DNA of 64,000 nt from Octopus bimaculoides (GCF_001194135.2 NC_068995.1:43497445-43561444); one strand, 5' to 3'; positions 48,740 through 63,215 are shown, counted from the first letter of the stretch. A program made the numbers and translations. Notes: generated from the letters alone by a model not told the origin.

Positions 48740-49180
48740 ATTTTACAAAGAACAGTTGGAGGAATTTCAACCATGTTTCGTGGTCTGCTACCACAACAGC
48801 TCCTTTATAGGATCCAGTTAGCTCAAGACATCATCAGGAGGAACCACGTCCGGTTTCGGCCCCTACTCCTCTACCGTTTTGACGTGGCGGGGCCACCCCC
48901 TTTCGGAGGTGTCTTCAGCTCTGGTGTTGGGTGCATGTCTTCTTTCACTGTTTGTGACTGTTCTAATTCAACTGTGGGATGTCCCTCGCTATGGTTATTT
49001 TCCAGGAGGTTCTGGCCACACGTCTTACGGTTCATCAACCCGCGTTGTTGAATTACTTTTTTCCGGAAGAAATTATTGTTTCTCTGTTCTTCCGTAAGCG
49101 TTTTATTGCTTCTGGAAATGAAACTATTTGTCATTTCGTTTCCTACAGATGTTAGAGTGATATGAGCACTGCATTGCATT
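48740..49180 (-). mobile_element. Possible Penelope-like element 3' end/pseudo-LTR
   Basis: GC-rich island with minus-strand CTGATGA (48832-48838) and repeated CGAAAC motifs; upstream frame ends ...FRKKVIQQRGLMNRK, weakly like the GIY-YIG C-terminus of Penelope elements. Confidence 0.4.
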
Positions 49181-52100
49181 CTTTATTATAAGTGCTCATA
49201 ATGCAGAGTGAAATATAAACGAAAAAGAAACATCGCAGCACGGTGACGAAAAAAAAGGGGAAAAGCATGATATTTTGTAAAATGTAACAGAACGCAAATA
49301 AGAAGTAGATATGAGAAGAAATAGGGAAAAGATAGAACAACTAGGTTGCAAATATGAAGTGGACACGAAAGAAGGATAGAGATGAAAAGGGTGGTAAAGA
49401 TAAGGAAATTAAGTTATAATAAGGAAATATTTTAGAAACAAAACTTACACAACGAAAGGAAAGAAATAAGAAATAAGATTGTCAGGGAAGAGAAAAGATG
49501 GAAAATATAAAGCTCGAGAGAGTAAAAAATAAAATTAAAAGCGAAAGAAAAATGGAATATAAATTCGAAGAGGACGAAAATCTTCAGAAAAAATATGAAG
49601 GAATGCATTGGCAGTGTGTTGTGCTTAATAATGATCCTATAGTTAGTATTCACCTGAAAAAATTGTACCTCTGGGCCTTATGTACACAACATTAAGATAG
49701 TGTCGTGCAAGGAAATGGGACAAGGAATAATTAGGCCTGTGATATGCGAATAAATTGCAAAGATCCAAATACCTCGAACTGAGGTCTTTGTTATGCAAGA
49801 ATTGTATGCATCCCAGCATACAATTAACTTTTTACAATGATATCATCTGGAGCAGATAATCGTCAATGTAAGTGAGTTTCTCACACATTTTACCGTAGGA
49901 ATAGAAGATATGGAGGAAATTGGTTTTTGAGCGTTACATTTTATAGGTGGTATTCAAAAGGAAGCACAATATGACAACAAAGAGATTAGCACTTGTATTA
50001 GCTGATGAAAACATTTCTCGCCTCAGAAGTTTCCGGTGCGTATTAGAATGTATTTCAAACCTGGACGTTCAAATTGTTATCGTTGTAAAAAAAAATAAAA
50101 TAAGTGCATGCATGTCAGAAGATTTAACGTTCGCGAGAGTAATGTAATGACAAATATTATGGTTAGGGGAGATTAGGACAAATTCAATATTGTTCTGAAA
50201 CGTGGTGATAATAACACAAAATTTATAATGCAACCCATCGTTCAAATAATATTTCACATAACCATTTGTTTGATGGTTACCACTTTAGAATGCCACCAGC
50301 TGGTGTGTCTCACTTCCGAAAGAATCTATGTCCTGTATAGATTAATGTTTATCGATAAATTATTTGAAGAATTTCCTTATTACAGCTATAATGCCGAGCA
50401 ATATACCAAAATGTTGTCATAGTTACTTCCAGAGTGTGCGATCCACAAATAGATACAAACTAAGAGTGGTGGATCTTATAACTAAATATCAAATATATTT
50501 CAACCAGTACGTTGCTTTATATACAAAAGTAATTATTATAAAAATAGACCTAACTCATGCAGATGCTTTAATCTGGGTTTTGAACAAGAGATTGATTCTA
50601 AAGTATTAGCAAAATACGGGAAAATCATTTAGAAAATTATCGAATCGAACAATGTTCATGGTACCCATGTGTATTTCACCTTCCACTGCGACCTGGATAA
50701 TAGTCTAAGAGTGTACAAACTTTAATGCTGACATTTTAATAAAGACATAAACAACTGAGGATGAATTTCCATCAACCAAAGAAAAATAGCACCAGATGAA
50801 GTCTTTGGAACAAAGCTAGGCTACATATGGAATTGGTAATTCATGGACAGTGCCTTATTTTTCTATTTTAACTAATACATTTGATGTCCATATAAAAAAT
50901 GATAAAATGTAATTCCTTAGTCTGCTCAATAAATATATCAATAAGTGTTCTGATTCTGCAATATTCCGAGACAATAAATAGTTCGAGAGGATGAAGAAAT
51001 TTGTAGCAATGAAGCTTTATTGAGCATATTTCCCATTTCTATTCAGGAATCCTATCCTGTTCAGCATCTGTCTGTGCACTTAGAACTCGTATAAAGTATC
51101 CATTTACTGTAGAGACAACTACTCAGTAATCCCTAGGTGCAAGAAAGACTGCAGTAACACCTTTTGTTTTTCAACTTTGATATAAAACTTTCTATATCAT
51201 CAATTCGGTCCTATTGAAAATGAAGTGACCAACCAAGAAATTGGGGAAGATGAGGCTCTGACCTTTTGAAATGATACGCAATTTCATAATATTCTGAGAC
51301 GTAAATATATATATACAGATTGTCTAAGTTTTGAAAGAAGGCTTTCCTTAATATTATTTGTTCATGAAATTTGTTGTACATTTTTCCCAATTGTCGATCA
51401 GTTACTGTTTATGACTGTGTCTGTTGCACAGAAACAGGTATAATATTAGTGTTACTAAAGGATGATAATCATGAGATAGTAGCTATGCCTCTTTGTTGTT
51501 CTTGTTAGATATTATCACTTGGAAGATATTGTATCAATATGGCTATAAAAACTAGATTCAGTTGTGATATCCTAGCAGGAAGCAGAAGACATTGACGTAA
51601 TGTATAATACACGAGAAACTCCTACTGAAGAGAATGTTTTAAACCATTATGGAGAATGAATTGTCTAAGTTTAGCATGGTCCATACCAATTGTTGTTAAC
51701 TCGATATTTTAGCAACTGAAATATTAACTGAAGATTCCTATTCAACACAGGAAGTTCTGTCAAGACTTATCACGAAAACTTAGCATAACTTACTTTCTAA
51801 AAAAAGGTGTATGTAAAATGTTAGACTTGAGATGCATTTTATCAAACATGAAGACGTTTACGTCATACTCCAGTACAAACAAGTAAAATACATTTTAGCA
51901 AACAGTTGCTTGGGGAAACCACAATCATACTTTAACCCTACACATATACAGGTGACGGCATACATGCTATCATACATATTAACACACACACACACACACG
52001 CACACACATACATACACACACATATATAGTTTGGGGTTTCGGATATGTTGATGCAAAATCGTGTGTTAAATCACCCATTGCTATAGTTTGGCCGGATCAT

Positions 52101-52429
52101 TTTGGTAACAAAACACATCGCACTGCGGTTTTATTATTAATCAAGCTAATAGTTTATTACGTTATCAATTAAATAGACGGTTTGTTAACAATCTGATGTC
52201 AAGCCCTATGACCTAATCCCGCGATGTCACTTTTGCACTCATTCCTATGTAATATATAATTATTTCCTACTCCTTGCTAATTTCTCTTAAAGAAATGGTG
52301 GTTTTTATCTTTTTTCGCATTTTGAGAATTTCTAATGAATAAACAGTATACGTGCATGTAGGTTTGTGAGTTTTATATGTATCGCGTTAGTGCTGGAATA
52401 ATTTTTTTCAAGCAGAGATTGGCATTTAC

Positions 52430-52674
52430 TTCCTGTTTGTGTGTGTGAGTGAGTGTGTGTGTATGTGTGTGTGTGTGTGAATATGCATTTGATGTGTATG
52501 TACGTGCCCATGTGTGAACTTGTCAGCGCGTGTACGTGTGTATATTGATATGCATGTGATGTGCATGTGTATAATCCTATGTGCACTTGTCAGCGCGCGA
52601 CTACGTGTGTGATTGCGCATGTGCAATTTTGCGCGTGCATCTGTTTGTGTATGACTCTCTCTCTCTCTGTGTGT

Positions 52675-52721
<47 letters not shown>

Positions 52722-52730
52722 TGTGTGTGA
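52430..52730. repeat. Degenerate (GT)n array
   Basis: Visible in sequence. Confidence 0.9.
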
Positions 52731-53046
52731 AGTTCTTTGTTGGTTTTCTCGCTTTTACTTTCATACTCATTATCTATCAATACTTACACACAAACAAGTA
52801 CACGTAGCTACTCGTATATAAATATACTTTGCCATCGTTGTGTTTTCATATTTCTGTTTCTACAACGAATTGTATCTTGCCGTTTGTTTTTCTCGATATC
52901 CGCCCATGCTTATTGGCATTAACCTTGGATGATCTGGTATCTGTTTGTCATTAAATATTCTATAGACAAATGCATACATACATGCATATGTACTCACACA
53001 CAGGCGTACATAAGCACGTACATCAATATATACTAACATAAATATA

Positions 53047-53099
<53 letters not shown>

Positions 53100-53490
53100 N
53101 NNNNNNNNNNNNNNNNNNNNNNNNNNNNNNNNNNNNNNNNNNNNNNNNNNNNNNNNNNNNNNNNNNNNNNNNNNNNNNNNNNNNNNNNNNNNNNNNNNNN
53201 NNNNNNNNNNNNNNNNNNNNNNNNNNNNNNNNNNNNNNNNNNNNNNNNNNNNNNNNNNNNNNNNNNNNNNNNNNNNNNNNNNNNNNNNNNNNNNNNNNNN
53301 NNNNNNNNNNNNNNNNNNNNNNNNNNNNNNNNNNNNNNNNNNNNNNNNNNNNNNNNNNNNNNNNNNNNNNNNNNNNNNNNNNNNNNNNNNNNNNNNNNNN
53401 NNNNNNNNNNNNNNNNNNNNNNNNNNNNNNNNNNNNNNNNNNNNNNNNNNNNNNNNNNNNNNNNNNNNNNNNNNNNNNNNNNNNNNNNNN

Positions 53491-53710
53491 TGCTGCTGTT
53501 GGTGGTTTTGGCGATGGTGGCGGCGGCGGTGGCTGTGACGGTCGTGGTGGTGATGGCGGTGGTAGTGGTGGTGTAGGCGGCGGCGGTGGTGGGGGTGAGT
53601 TTGGTGAGGTGATGGTGGTGGTGGAGGTGGTGCTGCTGCTGTTGGTGGTTTTGGCGATGGTGGCGGCGGCGGTGGCTGTGACGGTCGTGGTGGTGATGTT
53701 AGTGGTGGAA
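53491..53710. repeat. GC-rich (GGT/GGC)n-derived repeat with exact ~65 bp direct duplication
   Basis: TGCTGCTGTTGGTGGTTTTGGCGATGGTGGCGGCGGCGGTGGCTGTGACGGTCGTGGTGGTGATG at 53491 and ~53634. Confidence 0.9.
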
Positions 53711-54167
53711 ATGATGATTGTAGTTGCTTTGTTCGTGGTGGGGTGTTAAGGTCTCGGGTGTGGTGGCGACATGCTAATATATATTCTATTAATATTTCCT
53801 CTCGACGTAGTGACAGGGTTACTCTCCTACTATGCTTACTGCCTCTGTAACTTGTCATAATTTAAGATCAGAATAAAAACAGTTGCCTCTTCGAATCTAT
53901 TCAAAGATCAGTGATCCTACTATAAACAGCATCAGTGCAAGAGCAACATTTAGTAATCATATGGGAATGATCAAAACAGAAAAATGCCGTAAAAATTACA
54001 ACTTAAATGAAATTAAAATGTACAGTACTGAAATAATATAATATTGCAAAACGAGCTAACTTATAAATGCATACATGTATGTGTGTAGCATATATCTGCG
54101 TATGGGTACGCTCACACGCACACACGCACTCACCCCCACACACACACACATATATATATATATACAT

Positions 54168-54233
<66 letters not shown>

Positions 54234-56210
54234 GTATATATATATAGATAGATATGTATGTGTACGTGTGAGTGCGTGTATGTGTGTGTGTGTAAATAAG
54301 TAAGCGGATATAATCTTATATATACCCGCATGAACCTCGGTATGTATGTTCGTGAATGTGTATACACCTCAGTTCACCTGCCCTTTCTACCCTTCTATTC
54401 ACTCATACACATGCAAATACACACACACACACAGACAAACACTCTCAGAAAAACACACACATACACACACGCACACATACATATGTATATATGTATATAT
54501 CCATGCTAATATGCATGAATATACATGGATACATATACCTCTATATAAGGTATATACATATAATGATGTATGTGTGTTCATGCATATATGCGTTTATATT
54601 TAATAAATGAAACCTTTTCTTACAAAATATTGTTGGGGGCGAGGCACTGGAAAAGAGCTCTCCAGGAAGTATAACTCTTCTCCTGAGTGTTTGTTTCGTT
54701 GGAAATTGGAAAAATGATTTTCGTATTGACAGAGTTTCGTTGAATCTTCTGTCCTCGTCTCGCAACCCTCGCAGTCACATCGATTTATTTTCCTTAGCTA
54801 ACATCCACCCTCATAACGCACTTGCGCACACACATGCACAAATATTTATACTACATTGCAAATATATATTATATATATACACACACGCACACATATCTAT
54901 ACTATATTGCAAATATATAATGTATATACACACGCACATATATGTATGTACGTATATATATATATATATATNNNNNNNNNNNNNNNNNNNNNNNNNNNNN
55001 NNNNNNNNNNNNNNNNNNNNNNNNNNNNNNNNNNNNNNNNNNNNNNNNNNNNNNNNNNNNNNNNNNNNNNNNNNTATATACACTCGTAGGTTTGTCTCTG
55101 GGAGAGGTAGGAAGCGTAATAGGTGTGTGCATAGGTGTGTTTGGGCGTGTGTGTTTGTGCGTGTGTGTGTGTGTTTGTATGTGAAATAACGATGAAAATG
55201 GGCGGCTTAGTTAAAATAGTATTTATATACCCTTTAGATATATTAAATAACGAAATCGGGTATTTACCCATTTATTACATCATTTAATATCTCTTCCCTC
55301 CAATTTCAACTCTTTGAACTATTCTTGGTGAATGAAAAGTTCGCTATTTAAGTACCTTTTAATATAACTTTAGAGTTTACAACGATCGTCTTATCATAAT
55401 AATGTCCTTTATCACAAGGTTTATTCTGCAAATCGATCAATAATCGAACGATTAAAAGCAATTTATATTTCCTAATAAAATCTCGTTAATTTTATTGGTC
55501 ATTTGTTCCTATTCTGTAATAGAATCTGAGAACTTTTATTAACCGTAATATTTTAAGATTCGAAAGGATCATTGTTTCCCCATATTGTCACTAAATGGTG
55601 TTTGTCTATTTAAGAGATATTAACCGCACGAACGTGATGATTATACAGATTTAGTAATTGATTTCGAAGAGGTGGTGTCACCGACATTTGTTAGTTTCTT
55701 TTTGTGTTTGTTCCTTTTGGGGTTTCTTCTGTAGTGACACTCCGGTTGGTCTGATGTACCTTTCCAGACGTCAGCAACATTATCAAATAGCTTAGATGTG
55801 ATGAGCTACAAGTTAAGTATCATTTTATTTTAAGGAGTCGTTCATCTTCAAACATGAACTTTCATCCTACAGTCTGATCCTCCAGAAACATTTTGCCCAA
55901 AGAAGTATATCCTTCAATATCTTACATTATTTTTTTGCTTCGTCTTTTATCAGTTGATTGTCCAAAACATTTTCCACTTTTCCAATACGAACAATCTGAG
56001 AGATTAAAATGTATTGTATTAAGTAGTTTGATGTAAAGCAGAGATTTCTTTTTAAATGTGGTATATATGTATACATACGCGCACACACAGACACATACAT
56101 ACAGACTCACACATACACACACTTATGTGTATGTGTGCGCGCGTGTGTATCTATAAGCACGTATATATTATATATACACACACATGCACACACAAGCACT
56201 CACACACACG

Positions 56211-56276
<66 letters not shown>

Positions 56277-58608
56277 NNNNNNNNNNNNNNNNNNNNNNNN
56301 NNNNNNNNNNNNNNNNNNNNNNNNNNNNNNNNNNNNNNNNNNNNNNNNNNNNNNNNNNNNNNNNNNNNNNNNNNNNNNNNNNNNNNNNNNNNNNNNNNNN
56401 NNNNNNNNNNNNNNNNNNNNNNNNNNNNNNNNNNNNNNNNNNNNNNNNNNNNNNNNNNNNNNNNNNNNNNNNNNNNNNNNNNNNNNNNNNNNNNNNNNNN
56501 NNNNNNNNNNNNNNNNNNNNNNNNNNNNNNNNNNNNNNNNNNNNNNNNNNNNNNNNNNNNNNNNNNNNNNNNNNNNNNNNNNNNNNNNNNNNNNNNNNNN
56601 NNNNNNNNNNNNNNNNNNNNNNNNNNNNNNNNNNNNNNNNNNNNNNNNNNNNNNNNNNNNNNNNNNNNNNNNNNNNNNNNNNNNNNNNNNNNNNNNNNNN
56701 NNNNNNNNNNNNNNNNNNNNNNNNNNNNNNNNNNNNNNNATATATATCTTACTTAATATAATTAAGATTCCATTCAATTAGGTTCTTAAACTGAGGCACC
56801 TTCCTTGGTGCAATATATTCATTAAGTATTTACTTGCGCAAATTGGTTCAAGTATTGTATCCGAATGTACTCCCTTATACATTTAGTATACCTCTAATTC
56901 AATTATCTCATATATTGAATACGATCTTTTATGATATCTTAAGTTTATCCACCCATAACGAAGAGAATAGTTCTTATATTAGTTTAAAATATATCATGTA
57001 TTTCTATTCATATGATAATTTAATTCCGTTATACATTCATTATACACTATGTTTAGAAAAAGTCTTAATAGCTTTTCTTATATATTAAAGTATCCCATTA
57101 TTAGGTTTTAAATTTAATTTCTATCCTTCGTCTATCGTGGAGGAAAATTCATTTAGATGAGTTGTAGTTAAAGATTCTACGAGGTGTGTGTTTAACTAGT
57201 ACCCTCTTCCTAGACTATTACACTAAATATTTGTTGGTGTTGAGAAGACCTTTGTTTTGGTGCTTCAGTATATAGACCGTTTATTGTGAAAGTATGCATG
57301 TATACACACACGCACACGCTCACAAGTACACACACACACAAATACACACATACACACACATATACACACATGCTTGCATTTGTGTCTGTGTATTCCTACC
57401 TGTAGTTTATGCAGCGCAGCTGAACACAAGGATGCGTATGTTTCTGTGTAAACGATTCTGTATGTGTGCGCGCGCATACAACCATGATAGAACTGCGCGC
57501 ACATATATGTATGTACGCGTGTGTGTGTCTTTGAAGACACACACTTTCCGATCGAAAGCCCGTTGTATTCACAGTGCTACTAGCAGTTTTATAATTAACA
57601 ATTTTATAATTAGTAATTAACCCTAATTAATGAGGAAAATGGATGACACGATTCATATTACATCTTAGTATTTTGATGTATTGTGTTGTGCATCTTAGTA
57701 TTGTAGTTTCACATGTCATCGTATTGGATTTTCAGTCGGTATATGGTCATTAAAATATGTCATTAAATATATGGTCATTAAAATATGTAATTAAAATGTG
57801 TCCTAGTCACATACTGACGTAACTTCAAATGTGTCGCACAAAATTCCATGATCTTCTGCTAATGCTATTTTTCTCTATACGGCTAAAGGAAAATGTTCTG
57901 CTCCAGCTCCCATGGTTTATATACTCAGATCCCAAAGTGACCACTTCTACAACTGACACGCTTTTAGAATTAGGGTAAACACCGGAGTGTTTTTATGCTA
58001 ATTGGTCTACTGGTACTGCGGTGCAAGTTCAAACCACTCTAAAATATATGTAGCTTTAACGACCAAGAAATCAGGAATTCAAAAATATAGCAATGGAAGA
58101 AGGGATATAGCAAAATATAATTTGGATTTTCGTTAGTGAATACTATTTAGCCTATCCAGAAATGAAATGACAAATTGTGAGAATGATTAACTTTTACTTA
58201 GGCTTCAACATTAGTACAGGATGTTTCACAGTAGCAATGTTGCTATTGATTAAATCATTTCATTCCAGGCGAAATCCATAGAATATGAAGTGACAATCCA
58301 TTTACTCAAATTGAATCGATCTTCCAATTCAAAATATTTCTTTTATATCATGAAAAAAGAGATTATTTTCTTTGAAACAACTTTCAAGAATTAAATAGGT
58401 ATCAACGGAAAAAAAAACCTATAAATACATTATATATGCGTGTGCGTGTGTGAGTGTGTGTGTATAGGTAAACTTCAGGTTAGTTAAAATATGCTTGTGA
58501 CATATTTCAACTGTTAAAAAGCAAATTTACTGCAGTTACCATGAAGAAGAAATCGCTCTTATCGTAAAATGGTGTAAAAACACTTTATCTACCCAGAGTT
58601 GCCACCTA

Positions 58609-58992
58609 AAGTGCCTTACAAAAGTCTACACACCCCTTGAAAACTGGATGTATTTTGTTTGATAGGAACAATTAATATTTTAAGCTCTAATAATTTGTTT
58701 TAATAAGCAGATCTATCAAAATTTTATTTAATACACAAAATACATTTGAAAAATTTAAAGCTGATTCTTAAACAAAGATAATTATGGAAAATGTCTTTGC
58801 AAAAGTCTACACCCACTTTTGGAATGTCTTCGGCTAATACTTTGTGGATGATCCTGTTGCGTCAATTACAGCCTGCAGACGCCTTGGATAGCCTTCCACG
58901 AGCTTACTGCAGTGGTCTGCTGATAGTTTTCGCCATTCTTCATGGCAGAACTTCTCCAGCTGTGTCAGATTGGATGGGGAACGACGGTGCAC
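58609..58992 (-). mobile_element. Tc1 (IR/DR-type) transposon 3' end with uninterrupted transposase C-terminus
   Basis: Terminus TA-AAGTGCCTTACAAAAGTCTACACACCCCTTG with inner direct repeat TTGCAAAAGTCTACACCCAC (~58797-58816); minus CDS 58992-58834 VHRRSPSNLTQLEKFCHEEWRKLSADHCSKLVEGYPRRLQAVIDATGSSTKY*. Confidence 0.92.
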
Positions 58993-59359
58993 AAGACATT
59001 ATTAGCGAACAACTTATTTATTAATCTCAACAGCTACCAAGAACGCGTTGTTTACGTAAATCGGTTTATACGATTAACTGCTGCCCTCAGTAATGTTCGG
59101 CTTATAAGCAGCATCAGAGGGGCAATTATAGAAGAAATTCGATCGTTAATGAACTCGCAATGCAAGATTGATTGATTGAAACTAATCTGACTGATCTGTC
59201 TTCTTTATCTTTCTGTTCACAAAGACATTTCATATAAAGTCGACGTAGATATATGTCTGTCTGCTGGTGGAAACTGTATAAATACTTTCTGTAATGTACC
59301 ATACACACAACAAAAGTATATCTACATGTGTATGTTAATATATCTATAAATATGTGTAT

Positions 59360-59360
59360 A

Positions 59361-59422
<62 letters not shown>

Positions 59423-59543
59423 CATATGCACACATACACACATATATATATACTTATGTGTGAATGTACGTGTGTGTGTGCGTATATAAACAGACAAAGA
59501 AACAGATATATATATATATATACGTGTGTGTGTATATCTACAA

Positions 59544-59606
<63 letters not shown>
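59360..59606. repeat. (GT)n and (GATA)n microsatellites
   Basis: Visible in sequence. Confidence 0.95.
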
Positions 59607-59607
<1 letters not shown>

Positions 59608-60156
59608 AGGGAGAACTAGCTATAAAATGTGAAACTAGAGATTCTATCTTTTCGTTCTCCTTAGCTCAAAGTCATCACAGCGATTTAATAATAAATCTAA
59701 AGATATTTTTGTCGGCGCTGCAGTAATCACACATCAATTCATACAAATACTTTTATGGGAAACTGTTTAATATTTATCAAAGAAAGCACACTATAGATGC
59801 TATGTAGCAGGAAGAATTTATTAGTGTGAGAATGTTGCCAATTACTACAGAACTCATAATAATGATTTAGTGAATGATTGCTATTTGACATGGAACGCTG
59901 ATCTCGTAAGAAAGACAAAATAAATTGGATGTCATGTTATAAACCCTTAACGTTAAACTAACGCGTCTGTTGACTTTTTTTTTTGCATAGATTTATCGTT
60001 CGTTTTGAAGTTAAGATTCTCAAACTTTCTGTGCTCTATAATCAAACTACATGCTAAGTACTCTAGATGTTCGGTTGTTTTTATTGTAGTAATACCAAAG
60101 ATAGGAAATGAACATTAAGCATATCAATACCCGCAGTCTTAGTTGGAGAGCTTATT

Positions 60157-60191
<35 letters not shown>

Positions 60192-60263
60192 NNNNNNNNN
60201 NNNNNNNNNNNNNNNNNNNNNNNNNNNNNNNNNNNNNNNNNNNNNNNNNNNNNNNNTATATAT

Positions 60264-60302
<39 letters not shown>

Positions 60303-60427
60303 TGTATGTATACATATGTATGTATTTCTATTTGTTTATCTATCTATTCATCTCTCTCTATATATAATTATCTATCTATATATCCATGTGTGTATGTGTG
60401 TGTGTTGTATGTGTGTATGTATGCATA

Positions 60428-61609
60428 CAGTGGTTGGATAAACAATTGAAGTAGCATGTTAAATTTAAGTTTTATTTAATACGGAGATGATCTGCCTTCG
60501 CCATTAGTCATTGATTTAATACGATGAAGAATTGCCTTATACGGGTTCTGAAGAGATGTTAGGAAAGTTTCGATATATTAAACCTGCAATGGCTCTTTTT
60601 TGGGGACGATGAAGGAAGCAGCTCCTCGCTTGTTATTCCATAATACAACACAAATATTGGATTATATTGAGTGCGATTGATGGGTCGTGGGAAGGCAGTA
60701 GAAGTGCTCTATTTTATTTTTTGATCTTCCTACGAGTTTTGAATAACACCAACAGTATGAATCGGCGAATTATTACCTTGTACTATTGTGCGGCCATTAG
60801 TAAACGATATTTGTACTATAGAGTAGACACAAGCAGTCAAAATACTCCGATAGCTATATCTGAGAGACCAGCTAAATGGCCCAAAGCATTCCGTGATATA
60901 ACTGCTCAAATTATTCTAGAACCTACTACTTCGTAGTAGGGGCCAAAACTTCAGGGTTGAAAGCTTCTTTTAGCCGTCTTCAGACATAAACTCACCCCGA
61001 AGAGGGACAAATTAAGAATGATGGTGCGTAAGAAGAAATTACATTGTTCCATCGTACCATTGACCACCTTTGCTATATAAACACCATTTAGCAGTTGCAG
61101 CCCTCTCATTATAACCGGCTGACGAAAGATCTTGATTGAGATATGTTAGCAAGGATCTGGGTTATCTCTGCTGTTATTCTTTCACTGCAGTAGTTCGATG
61201 GTTTTTAAACACAAAATGTTTTATTACTCTGGGATCCCTCTATCTCAGCTTTGTCTTCTGTCGAATATTGAGCTTGCCAGATCTGGTTTTTCCTTGGTTT
61301 TGGAATGCTAGCAGTTTTTTTTAGAGATTGAAATTCCCGACGAATTAATCAATTAAGCAGTTTCAATGACTGAAGCTTCAATCATCCTCTCTCCAACAAC
61401 TTGCTCTGTTTGGAAACCACAAAGGTTAAGCATTATAACTTATTTATATACGAATATCTGCAGGAAAAAAAACGGCGGACTATAGCATGGAACAGAAAAT
61501 ATACATGATGCATACTAATATGTAAGTATACAGAATACAACACTTGCTGTTTTGTCATAGTGACAATGAAAATATAAAGTGATACTGACATTAATTTATG
61601 TGACCCCTG
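60428..61609 (-). mobile_element. Decayed near-full-length Tc1 (DD34E-type) transposon
   Basis: TA-CAGTGGTTGGATAAA... and ...TTTATGTGACCCCTG-TA termini; minus frames give RDPRVIKHFVFKNHRTTA, VYV*RRLKEAFNPE, DNSPIHT, LNIIQYLCCIME*QARS, all Tc1 transposase motifs with many stops and frameshifts. Confidence 0.85.
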
Positions 61610-61611
61610 TA

Positions 61612-61672
<61 letters not shown>

Positions 61673-62982
61673 ATGTACGGATGACTGCATATATGCACGT
61701 ATATACGTGCGTGTGCCTACGATATATACAAATTTTCCCAACGTTATTTATAACTTATAAATTTACTTTACATCCTTACCTTATTTATATTAAAATTCCC
61801 TCTACTATCTCTACTTAATTTATTTGTCTCTCACTATAATTCTGTTTACCTCCTTTATCTTACCACCAACGAAACTGTAAATCCCTAGCTGACGCATAAA
61901 AAATACAAATCATAGATAGTATCATTTAATCTGCTATAATGAATCCATAAACAAAGGGTATACTTAAGGGTATATTTCTTGTTCTTTCTGAAGATATTAT
62001 GCTCAATATTTAATTAAATCAGTGTGTATAAATGAAATAGTTGTAAGGGATAATGTTCGATTTCTTGTTGATCATAAACTCTTATTAACTTCACAATCTC
62101 CATTTTCTTCTTCCTTTATATGAATACAGGTTTTTATACATATATTTATTATTTTAAGGAAATCAATCCCCCACACCCCGTCCAACATATTTAGTACTCA
62201 ACCAGTATTTCTTTTGATGACACCATTCCTTCATGAAGCTAACATAACCTCTAATCGAATTATATATATATATATATATNNNNNNNNNNNNNNNNNNNNN
62301 NNNNNNNNNNNNNNNNNNNNNNNNNNNNNNNNNNNNNNNNNNNNNNNNNNNNNNNNNNNNNNNNNNNNNNNNNNNNNNNNNNNNNNNNNNNNNNNNNNNN
62401 NNNNNNNNNNNNNNNNNNNNNNNNNNNNNNNNNNNNNNNNNNNNNNNNNNNNNNNNNNNNNNNNNNNNNNNNNNNNNNNNNNNNNNNNNNNNNNNNNNNN
62501 NNNNNNNNNNNNNNNNNNNNNNNNNNNNNNNNNNNNNNNNNNNNNNNNNNNNNNNNNNNNNNNNNNNNNNNNNNNNNNNNNNNNNNNNNNNNNNNNNNNN
62601 NNNNNNNNNNNNNNNNNNNNNNNNNNNNNNNNNNNNNNNNNNNNNNNNNNNNNNNNNNNNNNNNNNNNNNNNNNNNNNNNNNNNNNNNNNNNNNNNNNNN
62701 NNNNNNNNNNNNNNNNNNNNNNNNNNNNNNNNNNNNNNNNNNNNNNNNNNNNNNNNNNNNNNNNNNNNNNNNNNNNNNNNNNNNNNNNNNNNNNNNNNNN
62801 NNNNNNNNNNNNNNNNNNNNNNNNNNNNNNNNNNNNNNNNNNNNNNNNNNNNNNNNNNNNNNNNNNNNNNNNNNNNNNNNNNNNNNNNNNNNNNNNNNNN
62901 NNNNNNNNNNNNNNNNNNNNNNNNNNNNNNNNNNATATATATATATTATATATATAAATATATGTATGTATATGTATATATA

Positions 62983-63215
62983 GTCGCGTGGCCTAGTGGT
63001 TAGGCTGTTGGACTCACGATCGCTAGATCAATGGTTCGATCTCCTGACTGAGCGGCGAGAGATGCGTTCTTGAATAAACACTTCATTTCCCGTTACCCCA
63101 GTCCCCTTTCGATCAGCCATAGAAGTTGCGCCACTTGAAGGTTAAAACAATGCAAAAGCGCATTGTGACCAGCGATTTATAACAACATTTGATAGCCAAG
63201 TCGTTCACGAGGTCA
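62983..63215 (+). mobile_element. tRNA-derived SINE, family C
   Basis: A box TGGCCTAGTGG (62989-62999), B box GGTTCGATCTC (63033-63043), tail GGTTAAAACAATGCAAAAGCGCATTGTGACCAGCGAT...ACAACATTTGATAG. Confidence 0.85.

Noticed and set aside
52860-53858. Pro/His-rich 332 aa minus ORF
   Set aside because: Antisense reading of the GGT/GGC repeat joined through a gap to (TA)n.
8413-62957. All long ORFs containing X runs or [16 protein letters not shown] repeats
   Set aside because: Artefacts of N gaps and di/tetranucleotide repeats.
62983-63055. Functional tRNA gene
   Set aside because: A/B boxes are present but stems are imperfect and it continues into a SINE body and tail.
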